DNA of 64,000 nt from NCBI RefSeq assembly GCF_009914755.1, contig NC_060946.1; one strand, given 5' to 3'. This document shows positions 26,001 to 39,500 of this stretch, piece after piece. Every line of letters begins with the position of its first letter. The stretch's first letter is position 1. Under the pieces are notes generated by a model. That model worked only from the letters and a program-made list of their open reading frames with translations. It made no database searches and was not told the origin of the DNA. The DNA comes from the human T2T-CHM13v2.0 reference genome, Homo sapiens. Made by a program: the position numbers and the translations under genes.

Positions 26001-27855
26001 TACGTCATAAAGGAGTTTCTGAGAATGTTTCTGTCTAGTGGTTATGGGAAGATATTTGCTTTTTCACCGTAGGCCTCAGAGCGCTCCAAATATCCACTTG
26101 CACATACTACAAAAAGAGTGCCTCAGAGCTGCTCTCTGAAACGGAATGTTCAACTCTATGAGTTGAATGCAAACATCACAAAGACGTTTCTGAGAATGCT
26201 TCTGTCTAGATTTGATATGAAGATATTCCCGTTTCCAACGAAATCTTCAAATCTATCCAAATGTCCACTTGCAGATTCAACAAAAAGTGTTTTTCAGAAC
26301 TGCTCTATCAAAAGAAAGATCCACCTCTGTTAGCTGAGTTCACACATCACAAACAAGTTTATGAGAATGCTTCTGTCTAGTTTTTATTTGAAGATATTTC
26401 CTTTCTCACCATAGACCTGAAAGCTGTCCTAATGTTCACTTCCAGATACTACAGAAAGAGTGTTTCAAAACTGCTGTACGAAAGGGAATGTTCAACTCTG
26501 TGACTTGAATGCACACATCACAAAGAAGTTTCTGAGGATGCTGCTGTCTACTTTTTATACGTAATCCCGTTTCCAACGAAATCCTCCAAGCTATCCAAAT
26601 ATCCACTTGCAGATTCCACAGAAAGACTGTTTCAAAACTGCTCTGTCAATAGAAAGGTTCAACTCTGTTAGCTGCGTGCATATATCCCAAAGAAGATTCT
26701 GAGATTCCTTCTGTCTAGTTTTTATGGGAAGATATTTCCCTTTTCACCGTAGGCGTCAAGGCGCTCCAAATGTCCACTTCCAGATACTACAAAAAGAGTG
26801 TTTCAAACCTACTCTGTGAAAGCGAATATTCAACTCTGTGACTTGAATGCACATATCACAAAGAAGTTTCTGAGAATGCTTCTGTCGAGATTTTATATGA
26901 AGATATTCCCGTTTCCAACGAAATCCTGAAATCTATCCAAATATCCCCTCGCAGATTCTACAAAAAGAGTGTTTCAAAACTGCTCTGTAAAAAGAAAGGT
27001 TCAACTCTGTTAGTTGAGTACACACATCACAAACAAGTTTCACAGAATGCTTCTTTCTAGCTTGTAGGGGAAGATATTCCCTTTATCACCATGGTCCTCA
27101 AACCGTCCGAAACGTCCACTTCCATATACTACAAAAAGAGCGTTTCAAACCTGCTCTAGGAAAGGCAATGTTCAACTCTGTGACTTGAATGCAGACATCA
27201 CAGAGCAGTTTCTGAGAATGCTTCTGTCTAGATTTTATAGGAAGATATTCCCGTTTCCAACGAAATCTTCACAGCTATCCAAATATCCACTTGCAGATTC
27301 TACAAAAAGAGTGTATCAAAACTGCTCTGTCAAAAGGAAGGTTCTTCTCTGTTAGGTGAGTGCATACGTCATAAAGGAGTTTCTGAGAATGTTTCTGTCT
27401 AGTGGTTATGGGAAGATATTTGCTTTTTCACCGTAGGCCTCAGAGCGCTCCAAATATCCACTTGCACATACTACAAAAAGAGTGCCTCAAAGCTGCTCTC
27501 TGAAACGGAATGTTCAACTCTATGAGTTGAATGCAAACATCACAAAGACGTTTCTGAGAATGCTTCTGTCTAGATTTGATATGAAGATATTCCCGTTTCC
27601 AACGAAATCTTCAAATCTATCCAAATGTCCACTTGCAGATTCAACAAAAAGTGTTTTTCAGAACTGCTGTATCAAAAGAAAGATCCACGTCTGTTAGCTG
27701 AGTTCACACATCACAAACAAGTTTATGAGAATGCTTCTGTCTAGTTTTTATTTGAAGATATTTCCTTTCTCACCATAGACCTGAAAGCTGTCCTAATGTT
27801 CACTTCCAGATACTACAGAAAGAGTGTTTCAAAACTGCTGTACGAAAGGGAATGT
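20054..27855. repeat. About three tandem copies of a two-HOR block (2728-bp period)
   Basis: tgaTaatg allele at 20054, 22782 and 25510; ORF ends alternate HLC/HVC from 20662 to 27482. Confidence 0.88.
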
Positions 27856-29665
27856 TCAACTCTGTGACTTGAATGCACACATCACAAAGAAGTTTCTGAG
27901 GATGCTGCTGTCTACTTTTTATACGTAATCCCGTTTCCAACGAAATCCTCCAAGCTATCCAAATATCCACTTGCAGATTCCACAGAAAGACTGTTTCAAA
28001 ACTGCTCTGTCAATAGAAAGGTTCAACTCTGTTAGCTGCGTGCATATATCCCAAAGAAGATTCTGAGATTGCTTCTGTCTAGTTTTTATGGGAAGATATT
28101 TCCCTTTTCACCGTAGGCGTCAAGGCGCTCCAAATGTCCACTTCCAGATACTACAAAAAGAGTGTTTCAAACCTACTCTGTGAAAGGGAATATTCAACTC
28201 TGTGACTTGAATGCACATATCACAAAGAAGTTTCTGAGAATGCTTCTGTCGAGATTTTATATGAAGATATTCCCGTTTCCAACGAAATCCTGAAATCTAT
28301 CCAAATATCCCCTCGCAGATTCTACAAAAAGAGTGTTTCAAAACTGCTCTGTAAAAAGAAAGGTTCAACTCTGTTAGTTGAGTACACACATCACAAACAA
28401 GTTTCACAGAATGCTTCTTTCTAGCTTGTAGGGGAAGATATTCCCTTTATCACCATGGTCCTCAAACCGTCCGAAACGTCCACTTCCATATACTACAAAA
28501 AGAGCGTTTCAAACCTGCTCTAGGAAAGGCAATGTTCAACTCTGTGACTTGAATGCAGACATCACAGAGCAGTTTCTGAGAATGCTTCTGTCTAGATTTT
28601 ATAGGAAGATATTCCCGTTTCCAACGAAATCTTCACAGCTATCCAAATATCCACTTGCAGATTCTACAAAAAGAGTGTATCAAAACTGCTCTGTCAAAAG
28701 GAAGGTTCTTCTCTGTTAGGTGAGTGCATACGTCATAAAGGAGTTTCTGAGAATGTTTCTGTCTAGTGGTTATGGGAAGATATTTGCTTTTTCACCGTAG
28801 GCCTCAGAGCGCTCCAAATATCCACTTGCACATACTACAAAAAGAGTGCCTCAAAGCTGCTCTCTGAAACGGAATGTTCAACTCTATGAGTTGAATGCAA
28901 ACATCACAAAGACGTTTCTGAGAATGCTTCTGTCTAGATTTGATATGAAGATATTCCCGTTTCCAACGAAATCTTCAAATCTATCCAAATGTCCACTTGC
29001 AGATTCAACAAAAAGTGTTTTTCAGAACTGCTGTATCAAAAGAAAGATCCACGTCTGTTAGCTGAGTTCACACATCACAAACAAGTTTATGAGAATGCTT
29101 CTGTCTAGTTTTTATTTGAAGATATTTCCTTTCTCACCATAGACCTGAAAGCTGTCCTAATGTTCACTTCCAGATACTACAGAAAGAGTGTTTCAAAACT
29201 GCTGTACGAAAGGGAATGTTCAACTCTGTGACTTGAATGCACACATCACAAAGAAGTTTCTGAGGATGCTGCTGTCTACTTTTTATACGTAATCCCGTTT
29301 CCAACGAAATCCTCCAAGCTATCCAAATATCCACTTGCAGATTCCACAGAAAGACTGTTTCAAAACTGCTCTGTCAATAGAAAGGTTCAACTCTGTTAGC
29401 TGCGTGCATATATCCCAAAGAAGATTCTGAGATTGCTTCTGTCTAGTTTTTATGGGAAGATATTTCCCTTTTCACCGTAGGCGTCAAGGCGCTCCAAATG
29501 TCCACTTCCAGATACTACAAAAAGAGTGTTTCAAACCTACTCTGTGAAAGGGAATATTCAACTCTGTGACTTGAATGCACATATCACAAAGAAGTTTCTG
29601 AGAATGCTTCTGTCGAGATTTTATATGAAGATATTCCCGTTTCCAACGAAATCCTGAAATCTATC

Positions 29666-30687
29666 CAAATATCCCCTCGCAGATTCTACAAAAAGAGTGT
29701 TTCAAAACTGCTCTGTAAAAAGAAAGGTTCAACTCTGTTAGTTGAGTACACACATCACAAACAAGTTTCACAGAATGCTTCTTTCTAGCTTGTAGGGGAA
29801 GATATTCCCTTTATCACCATGGTCCTCAAACCGTCCGAAACGTCCACTTCCATATACTACAAAAAGAGCGTTTCAAACCTGCTCTAGGAAAGGCAATGTT
29901 CAACTCTGTGACTTGAATGCAGACATCACAGAACAGTTTCTGAGAATGCTTCTGTCTAGATTTTATAGGAAGATATTCCCGTTTCCAACGAAATCTTCAA
30001 ATCTATCCAAATGTCCACTTGCAGATTCATCAAAAAGTGTTTTTCAGAACTGCTCTATCAAAAGAAAGATCCACCTCTGTTAGCTGAGTTCACACATCAC
30101 AAACAAGTTTATGAGAATGCTTCTGTCTAGTTTTTATTTGAAGATATTTCCTTTCTCACCATAGACCTGAAAGCTGTCCTAATGTTCACTTCCAGATACT
30201 ACAGAAAGAGTGTTTCAAAACTGCTGTACGAAAGGGAATGTTCAACTCTGTGACTTGAATGCACACATCACAAAGAAGTTTCTGAGGATGCTGCTGTCTA
30301 CTTTTTATACGTAATCCCGTTTCCAACGAAATCCTCCAAGCTATCCAAATATCCACTTGCAGATTCCACAGAAAGACTGTTTCAAAACTGCTCTGTCAAT
30401 AGAAAGGTTCAACTCTGTTAGCTGCGTGCATATATCCCAAAGAAGATTCTGAGATTGCTTCTGTCTAGTTTTTATGGGAAGATATTTCCCTTTTCACCGT
30501 AGGCGTCAAGGCGCTCCAAATGTCCACTTCCAGATACTACAAAAAGAGTGTTTCAAACCTACTCTGTGAAAGCGAATATTCAACTCTGTGACTTGAATGC
30601 ACATATCACAAAGAAGTTTCTGAGAATGCTTCTGTCGAGATTTTATATGAAGATATTCCCGTTTCCAACGAAATCCTGAAATCTATC
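29666..30687 (-). repeat. 6-mer (1022-bp) HOR deletion variant, junction type 2
   Basis: ttttataggaagatattcccgtttccaacgaaatcttca is followed by aatctatccaaatg. Private SNVs at 29933 (g>a) and 30030 (a>t). Confidence 0.95.
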
Positions 30688-32051
30688 CAAATATCCCCTC
30701 GCAGATTCTACAAAAAGAGTGTTTCAAAACTGCTCTGTAAAAAGAAAGGTTCAACTCTGTTAGTTGAGTACACACATCACAAACAAGTTTCACAGAATGC
30801 TTCTTTCTAGCTTGTAGGGGAAGATATTCCCTTTATCACCATGGGCCTCCAACCGTCCGAAACGACCACTTCCATATACTACCAAAAGAGCGTTTCAAAC
30901 CTGCTCTAGGAAAGGCAATGTTCAACTCTGTGACTTGAATGCAGACATCACAGAGCAGTTTCTGAGAATGCTTCTGTCTAGATTTTATAGGAAGATATTC
31001 CCGTTTCCAACGAAATCTTCACAGCTATCCAAATATCCACTTGCAGATTCTACAAAAAGAGTGTATCAAAACTGCTCTGTCAAAAGGAAGGTTCTTCTCT
31101 GTTAGGTGAGTGCATACGTCATAAAGGAGTTTCTGAGAATGTTTCTGTCTAGTGGTTATGGGAAGATATTTGCTTTTTCACCGTAGGCCTCAGAGCGCTC
31201 CAAATATCCACTTGCACATACTACAAAAAGAGTGCCTCAAAGCTGCTCTCTGAAACGGAATGTTCAACTCTATGAGTTGAATGCAAACATCACAAAGACG
31301 TTTCTGAGAATGCTTCTGTCTAGATTTGATATGAAGATATTCCCGTTTCCAACGAAATCTTCAAATCTATCCAAATGTCCACTTGCAGATTCAACAAAAA
31401 GTGTTTTTCAGAACTGCTCTATCAAAAGAAAGATCCACCTCTGTTAGCTGAGTTCACACATCACAAACAAGTTTATGAGAATGCTTCTGTCTAGTTTTTA
31501 TTTGAAGATATTTCCTTTCTCACCATAGACCTGAAAGCTGTCCTAATGTTCACTTCCAGATACTACAGAAAGAGTGTTTAAAAACTGCTGTACGAAAGGG
31601 AATGTTCAACTCTGTGACTTGAATGCACACATCACAAAGAAGTTTCTGAGGATGCTGCTGTCTACTTTTTATACGTAATCCCGTTTCCAACGAAATCCTC
31701 CAAGCTATCCAAATATCCACTTGCAGATTCCACAGAAAGACTGTTTCAAAACTGCTCTGTCAATAGAAAGGTTCAACTCTGTTAGCTGCGTGCATATATC
31801 CCAAAGAAGATTCTGAGATTGCTTCTGTCTAGTTTTTATGGGAAGATATTTCCCTTTTCACCGTAGGCGTCAAGGCGCTCCAAATGTCCACTTCCAGATA
31901 CTACAAAAAGAGTGTTTCAAACCTACTCTGTGAAAGCGAATATTCAACTCTGTGACTTGAATGCACATATCACAAAGAAGTTTCTGAGAATGCTTCTGTC
32001 GAGATTTTATATGAAGATATTCCCGTTTCCAACGAAATCCTGAAATCTATC

Positions 32052-33073
32052 CAAATATCCCCTCGCAGATTCTACAAAAAGAGTGTTTCAAAACTGCTCT
32101 GTAAAAAGAAAGGTTCAACTCTGTTAGTTGAGTACACACATCACAAACAAGTTTCACAGAATGCTTCTTTCTAGCTTGTAGGGGAAGATATTCCCTTTAT
32201 CACCATGGTCCTCAAACCGTCCGAAACGTCCACTTCCATATACTACAAAAAGAGCGTTTCAAACCTGCTCTAGGAAAGGCAATGTTCAACTCTGTGACTT
32301 GAATGCAGACATCACAGAACAGTTTCTGAGAATGCTTCTGTCTAGATTTTATAGGAAGATATTCCCGTTTCCAACGAAATCTTCAAATCTATCCAAATGT
32401 CCACTTGCAGATTCATCAAAAAGTGTTTTTCAGAACTGCTCTATCAAAAGAAAGATCCACCTCTGTTAGCTGAGTTCACACATCACAAACAAGTTTATGA
32501 GAATGCTTCTGTCTAGTTTTTATTTGAAGATATTTCCTTTCTCACCATAGACCTGAAAGCTGTCCTAATGTTCACTTCCAGATACTACAGAAAGAGTGTT
32601 TCAAAACTGCTGTACGAAAGGGAATGTTCAACTCTGTGACTTGAATGCACACATCACAAAGAAGTTTCTGAGGATGCTGCTGTCTACTTTTTATACGTAA
32701 TCCCGTTTCCAACGAAATCCTCCAAGCTATCCAAATATCCACTTGCAGATTCCACAGAAAGACTGTTTCAAAACTGCTCTGTCAATAGAAAGGTTCAACT
32801 CTGTTAGCTGCGTGCATATATCCCAAAGAAGATTCTGAGATTGCTTCTGTCTAGTTTTTATGGGAAGATATTTCCCTTTTCACCGTAGGCGTCAAGGCGC
32901 TCCAAATGTCCACTTCCAGATACTACAAAAAGAGTGTTTCAAACCTACTCTGTGAAAGCGAATATTCAACTCTGTGACTTGAATGCACATATCACAAAGA
33001 AGTTTCTGAGAATGCTTCTGTCGAGATTTTATATGAAGATATTCCCGTTTCCAACGAAATCCTGAAATCTATC
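32052..33073 (-). repeat. 6-mer HOR variant, junction type 2
   Basis: Same junction (32355-32385) and same agaacag / gattcatc SNVs as the unit at 29666. Confidence 0.95.
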
Positions 33074-36000
33074 CAAATATCCCCTCGCAGATTCTACAAA
33101 AAGAGTGTTTCAAAACTGCTCTGTAAAAAGAAAGGTTCAACTCTGTTAGTTGAGTACACACATCACAAACAAGTTTCACAGAATGCTTCTTTCTAGCTTG
33201 TAGGGGAAGATATTCCCTTTATCACCATGGGCCTCCAACCGTCCGAAACGACCACTTCCATATACTACCAAAAGAGCGTTTCAAACCTGCTCTAGGAAAG
33301 GCAATGTTCAACTCTGTGACTTGAATGCAGACATCACAGAGCAGTTTCTGAGAATGCTTCTGTCTAGATTTTATAGGAAGATATTCCCGTTTCCAACGAA
33401 ATCTTCACAGCTATCCAAATATCCACTTGCAGATTCTACAAAAAGAGTGTATCAAAACTGCTCTGTCAAAAGGAAGGTTCTTCTCTGTTAGGTGAGTGCA
33501 TACGTCATAAAGGAGTTTCTGAGAATGTTTCTGTCTAGTGGTTATGGGAAGATATTTGCTTTTTCACCGTAGGCCTCAGAGCGCTCCAAATATCCACTTG
33601 CACATACTACAAAAAGAGTGCCTCAAAGCTGCTCTCTGAAACGGAATGTTCAACTCTATGAGTTGAATGCAAACATCACAAAGACGTTTCTGAGAATGCT
33701 TCTGTCTAGATTTGATATGAAGATATTCCCGTTTCCAACGAAATCTTCAAATCTATCCAAATGTCCACTTGCAGATTCAACAAAAAGTGTTTTTCAGAAC
33801 TGCTCTATCAAAAGAAAGATCCACCTCTGTTAGCTGAGTTCACACATCACAAACAAGTTTATGAGAATGCTTCTGTCTAGTTTTTATTTGAAGATATTTC
33901 CTTTCTCACCATAGACCTGAAAGCTGTCCTAATGTTCACTTCCAGATACTACAGAAAGAGTGTTTAAAAACTGCTGTACGAAAGGGAATGTTCAACTCTG
34001 TGACTTGAATGCACACATCACAAAGAAGTTTCTGAGGATGCTGCTGTCTACTTTTTATACGTAATCCCGTTTCCAACGAAATCCTCCAAGCTATCCAAAT
34101 ATCCACTTGCAGATTCCACAGAAAGACTGTTTCAAAACTGCTCTGTCAATAGAAAGGTTCAACTCTGTTAGCTGCGTGCATATATCCCAAAGAAGATTCT
34201 GAGATTGCTTCTGTCTAGTTTTTATGGGAAGATATTTCCCTTTTCACCGTAGGCGTCAAGGCGCTCCAAATGTCCACTTCCAGATACTACAAAAAGAGTG
34301 TTTCAAACCTACTCTGTGAAAGGGAATATTCAACTCTGTGACTTGAATGCACATATCACAAAGAAGTTTCTGAGAATGCTTCTGTCGAGATTTTATATGA
34401 AGATGTTCCCGTTTCCAACGAAATCCTGAAATCTATCCAAATATCACCTCGCAGATTCTACAAAAAGAGTGTTTCAAAACTGCTCTGTAAAAAGAAAGTT
34501 TCAACTCTGTTACTTGAGTACACACATCACAAACAAGTTTCACAGAATGCTTCTTTCTAGCTTGTAGGGGAAGATATTCCCTTTATCACCATGGTCCTCA
34601 AACCGTCCGAAACGTCCACTTCCATATACTACAAAAAGAGCGTTTCAAACCTGCTCTATGAAAGGCAATGTTCAACTCTGTGACTTGAATGCAGACATCA
34701 CAGAGCAGTTTCTGAGAATGCTTCTGTCTAGATTTTATAGGAAGATATTCCCGTTTCCAACGAAATCTTCACAGCTATCCAAATATCCACTTGCAGATTC
34801 TACAAAAAGAGTGTATCAAAACTGCTCTGTCAAAAGGAAGGTTCTTCTCTGTTAGGTGAGTGCATACGTCATAAAGGAGTTTCTGAGAATGTTTCTGTCT
34901 AGTGGTTATGGGAAGATATTTGCTTTTTCACCGTAGTCCTCAGAGCGCTCCAAATATCCACTTGCACATACTACAAAAAGAGTGCCTCAAAGCTGCTCTC
35001 TGAAACGGAATGTTCAACTCTATGAGTTGAATGCAAACATCACAAAGACGTTTCTGAGAATGCTTCTGTCTAGATTTGATATGAAGATATTCCCGTTTCC
35101 AACGAAATCTTCAAATCTATCCAAATGTCCACTTGCAGATTCAACAAAAAGTGTTTTTCAGAACTGCTCTATCAAAAGAAAGATCCACCTCTGTTAGCTG
35201 AGTTCACACATCACAAACAAGTTTATGAGAATGCTTCTGTCTAGTTTTTATTTGAAGATATTTCCTTTCTCACCATAGACCTGAAAGCTGTCCTAATGTT
35301 CACTTCCAGATACTACAGAAAGAGTGTTTAAAAACTGCTGTACGAAAGGGAATGTTCAACTCTGTGACTTGAATGCACACATCACAAAGAAGTTTCTGAG
35401 GATGCTGCTGTCTACTTTTTATACGTAATCCCGTTTCCAACGAAATCCTCCAAGCTATCCAAATATCCACTTGCAGATTCCACAGAAAGACTGTTTCAAA
35501 ACTGCTCTGTCAATAGAAAGGTTCAACTCTGTTAGCTGCGTGCATATATCCCAAAGAAGATTCTGAGATTGCTTCTGTCTAGTTTTTATGGGAAGATATT
35601 TCCCTTTTCACCGTAGGCGTCAAGGCGCTCCAAATGTCCACTTCCAGATACTACAAAAAGAGTGTTTCAAACCTACTCTGTGAAAGGGAATATTCAACTC
35701 TGTGACTTGAATGCACATATCACAAAGAAGTTTCTGAGAATGCTTCTGTCGAGATTTTATATGAAGATATTCCCGTTTCCAACGAAATCCTGAAATCTAT
35801 CCAAATATCCCCTCGCAGATTCTACAAAAAGAGTGTTTCAAAACTGTTCTGTAAAAAGAAAGGTTCAACTCTGTTAGTTGAGTACACACATCACAAACAA
35901 GTATCACAGAATGCTTCTTTCTAGCTTGTAGGGGAAGATATTCCCTTTATCACCATGGGCCTCAAACCGTCCGAAACGTCCACTTCCATATACTTCAAAA

Positions 36001-36579
36001 AGAGCGTTTCAAACCTGCTCTATGAAAGGCAATGTTCAACTCTGTGACTTGAATGCAGACATCACAGAGCTGTTTATGAGAATGCTTCTGTCTAGATTTT
36101 ATAGGATGATATTCCCGTTTCCAACGAAATCTTCACAGCTATCCAAATATCCACTTGCAGATTCTACAAAAAGAGTGTATCCAAACTGCTCTGGCAAAAG
36201 GAAGGTTCTTCTCTGTTAGGTGAGTGCATACGTCATAAAGGAGTTTCTGAGAATGTTTCTGTCTAGTGGTTATGGGAAGATATTTGCTTTTTCACCATAG
36301 GCCTCAGAGCGCTCCAAATATCCACTTGCACATACTACAAAAAGAGTGCCTCAAAGCTGCTCTCTGAAATGGAATGTTCAACTCTATGAGTTGAATGCAA
36401 ACATCACAAAGACGTTTCTGAGAATGCTTCTGTCTAGATTTGATATGAAGATATTCCCGTTTCCAACGAAATCTTCAAATCTATCCAAATGTCCACTTGC
36501 AGATTCAACAAAAAGTGTTTTTCAGAACTGCTCTATCAAAAGAAAGATCCACCTCTGTTAGCTGAGTTCACACATCCAA

Positions 36580-39500
36580 ACAAGTTTATGAGAATGCTTC
36601 TGTCTAGTTTTTATTTGAAGATATTTCCTTTCTCACCATAGACCTGAAAGCTGTCCTAATGTTCACTTCCAGATACTACAGAAAGAGTGTTTCAAAACTG
36701 CTGTACGAAAGGGAATGTTCAACTCTGTGACTTGAATGCACACATCACAAAGAAGTTTCTGAGGATGCTGCTGTCTACTTTTTATACGTAATCCCGTTTC
36801 CAACGAAATCCTCCAAGCTATCCAAATATCCACTTGCAGATTCCACAGAAAGACTGTTTCAAAACTGCTCTGTCAATAGAAAGGTTCAACTCTGTTAGCT
36901 GCGTGCATATATCCCAAAGAAGATTCTGAGATTGCTTCTGTCTAGTTTTTATGGGAAGATATTTCCCTTTTCACCGTAGGTGTCAAGGCGCTCCAAATGT
37001 CCACTTCCAGATACTACAAAAAGAGTGTTTCAAACCTACTCTGTGAAAAGGAATATTCAACTCTGTGACTTGAATGCACATATCACAAAGAAGTTTCTGA
37101 GAATGCTTCTGTCGAGATTTTATATGAAGATATTCCCGTTTCCAACGAAATCCTGAAATCTATCCAAATATCCCCTCGCAGATTCTACAAAAAGAGTGTT
37201 TCAAAACTGCTCTGTAAAAAGAAAGGTTCAACTCTGTTAGTTGAGTACACACATCACAAACAAGTTTCACAGAATGCTTCTTTCTAGCTTGTAGGGGAAG
37301 ATATTCCCTTTATCACCATGGGCCTCCAACCGTCCGAAACGTCCACTTCCATATACTACCAAAAGAGCGTTTCAAACCTGCTCTAGGAAAGGCAATGTTC
37401 AACTCTGTGACTTGAATGCAGACATCACAGAGCAGTTTCTGAGAATGCTTCTGTCTAGATTTTATAGGAAGATATTCCCGTTTCCAACGAAATCTTCACA
37501 GCTATCCAAATATCCACTTGCAGATTCTACAAAAAGAGTGTATCAAAACTGCTCTCTCAAAAGGAAGGTTCTTCTCTGTTAGGTGAGTGCATACGTCATA
37601 AAGGAGTTTCTGAGAATGTTTCTGTCTAGTGGTTATGGGAAGATATTTGCTTTTTCACCGTAGGCCTCAGAGCGCTCCAAATATCCACTTGCACATACTA
37701 CAAAAAGAGTGCCTCAAAGCTGCTCTCTGAAATGGAATGTTCAACTCTATGAGTTGAATGCAAACATCACAAAGACGTTTCTGAGAATGCTTCTGTCTAG
37801 ATTTGATATGAAGATATTCCCGTTTCCAACGAAATCTTCAAATCTATCCAAATGTCCACTTGCAGATTCAACAAAAAGTGTTTTTCAGAACTGCTCTATC
37901 AAAAGAAAGATCCACCTCTGTTAGCTGAGTTCACACATCCAAACAAGTTTATGAGAATGCTTCTGTCTAGTTTTTATTTGAAGATATTTCCTTTCTCACC
38001 ATAGACCTGAAAGCTGTCCTAATGTTCACTTCCAGATACTACAGAAAGAGTGTTTCAAAACTGCTGTACGAAAGGGAATGTTCAACTCTGTGACTTGAAT
38101 GCACACATCACAAAGAAGTTTCTGAGGATGCTGCTGTCTACTTTTTATACGTAATCCCGTTTCCAACGAAATCCTCCAAGCTATCCAAATATCCACTTGC
38201 AGATTCCACAGAAAGACTGTTTCAAAACTGCTCTGTCAATAGAAAGGTTCAACTCTGTTAGCTGCGTGCATATATCCCAAAGAAGATTCTGAGATTGCTT
38301 CTGTCTAGTTTTTATGGGAAGATATTTCCCTTTTCACCGTAGGTGTCAAGGCGCTCCAAATGTCCACTTCCAGATACTACAAAAAGAGTGTTTCAAACCT
38401 ACTCTGTGAAAAGGAATATTCAACTCTGTGACTTGAATGCAGATATCACAAAGAAGTTTCTGAGAATGCTTCTGTCGAGATTTTATATGAAGATATTCCC
38501 GTTTCCAACGAAATCCTGAAATCTATCCAAATATCCCCTCGCAGATTCTACAAAAAGAGTGTTTCAAAACTGCTCTGTAAAAAGAAAGGTTCAACTCTGT
38601 TAGTTGAGTACACACATCACAAACAAGTTTCACAGAATGCTTCTTTCTAGCTTGTAGGGGAAGATATTCCCTTTATCACCATGGGCCTCCAACCGTCCGA
38701 AACGTCCACTTCCATATACTACAAAAAGAGCGTTTCAAACCTGCTCTAGGAAAGGCAATGTTCAACTCTGTGACTTGAATGCAGACATCACAGAGCAGTT
38801 TCTGAGAATGCTTCTGTCTAGATTTTATAGGAAGATATTCCCGTTTCCAACGAAATCTTCACAGCTATCCAAATATCCACTTGCAGATTCTACAAAAAGA
38901 GTGTATCAAAACTGCTCTGTCAAAAGGAAGGTTCTTCTCTGTTAGGTGAGTGCATACGTCATAAAGGAGTTTCTGAGAATGTTTCTGTCTAGTGGTTATG
39001 GGAAGATATTTCCTTTTTCACCGTAGGCCTCAGAGCGCTCCAAATATCCACTTGCACATACTACAAAAAGAGTGCCTCAAAGCTGCTCTTTGAAACGGAA
39101 TGTTCAACTCTATGAGTTGAATGCAAACATCACAAAGACGTTTCTGAGAATGCTTCTGTCTAGATTTGATATGAAGATATTCCCGTTTCCAACGAAATCT
39201 TCAAATCTATCCAAATGTCCACTTGCAGATTCAACAAAAAGTGTTTTTCAGAACTGCTCTATCAAAAGAAAGATCCACATCTGTTAGCTGAGTTCACACA
39301 TCACAAACAAGTTTATGAGAATGCTTCTGTCTAGTTTTTATTTGAAGATATTTCCTTTCTCACCATAGACCTGAAAGCTGTCCTAATGTTCACTTCCAGA
39401 TACTACAGAAAGAGTGTTTCAAAACTGCTGTATGAAAGGGAATGTTGAACTCTGTGACTTGAATGCACACATCACAAAGAAGTTTCTGAGGATGCTGCTG

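Larger units (their letters stand above)
29552..34322. repeat. Tandem duplication of a 14-monomer (6-mer + 8-mer) block, 2386-bp period
   Basis: Two type-2 6-mers lie 2386 bp apart; the private allele aacgAccact was seen only at 30865 and 33251. Confidence 0.9.
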
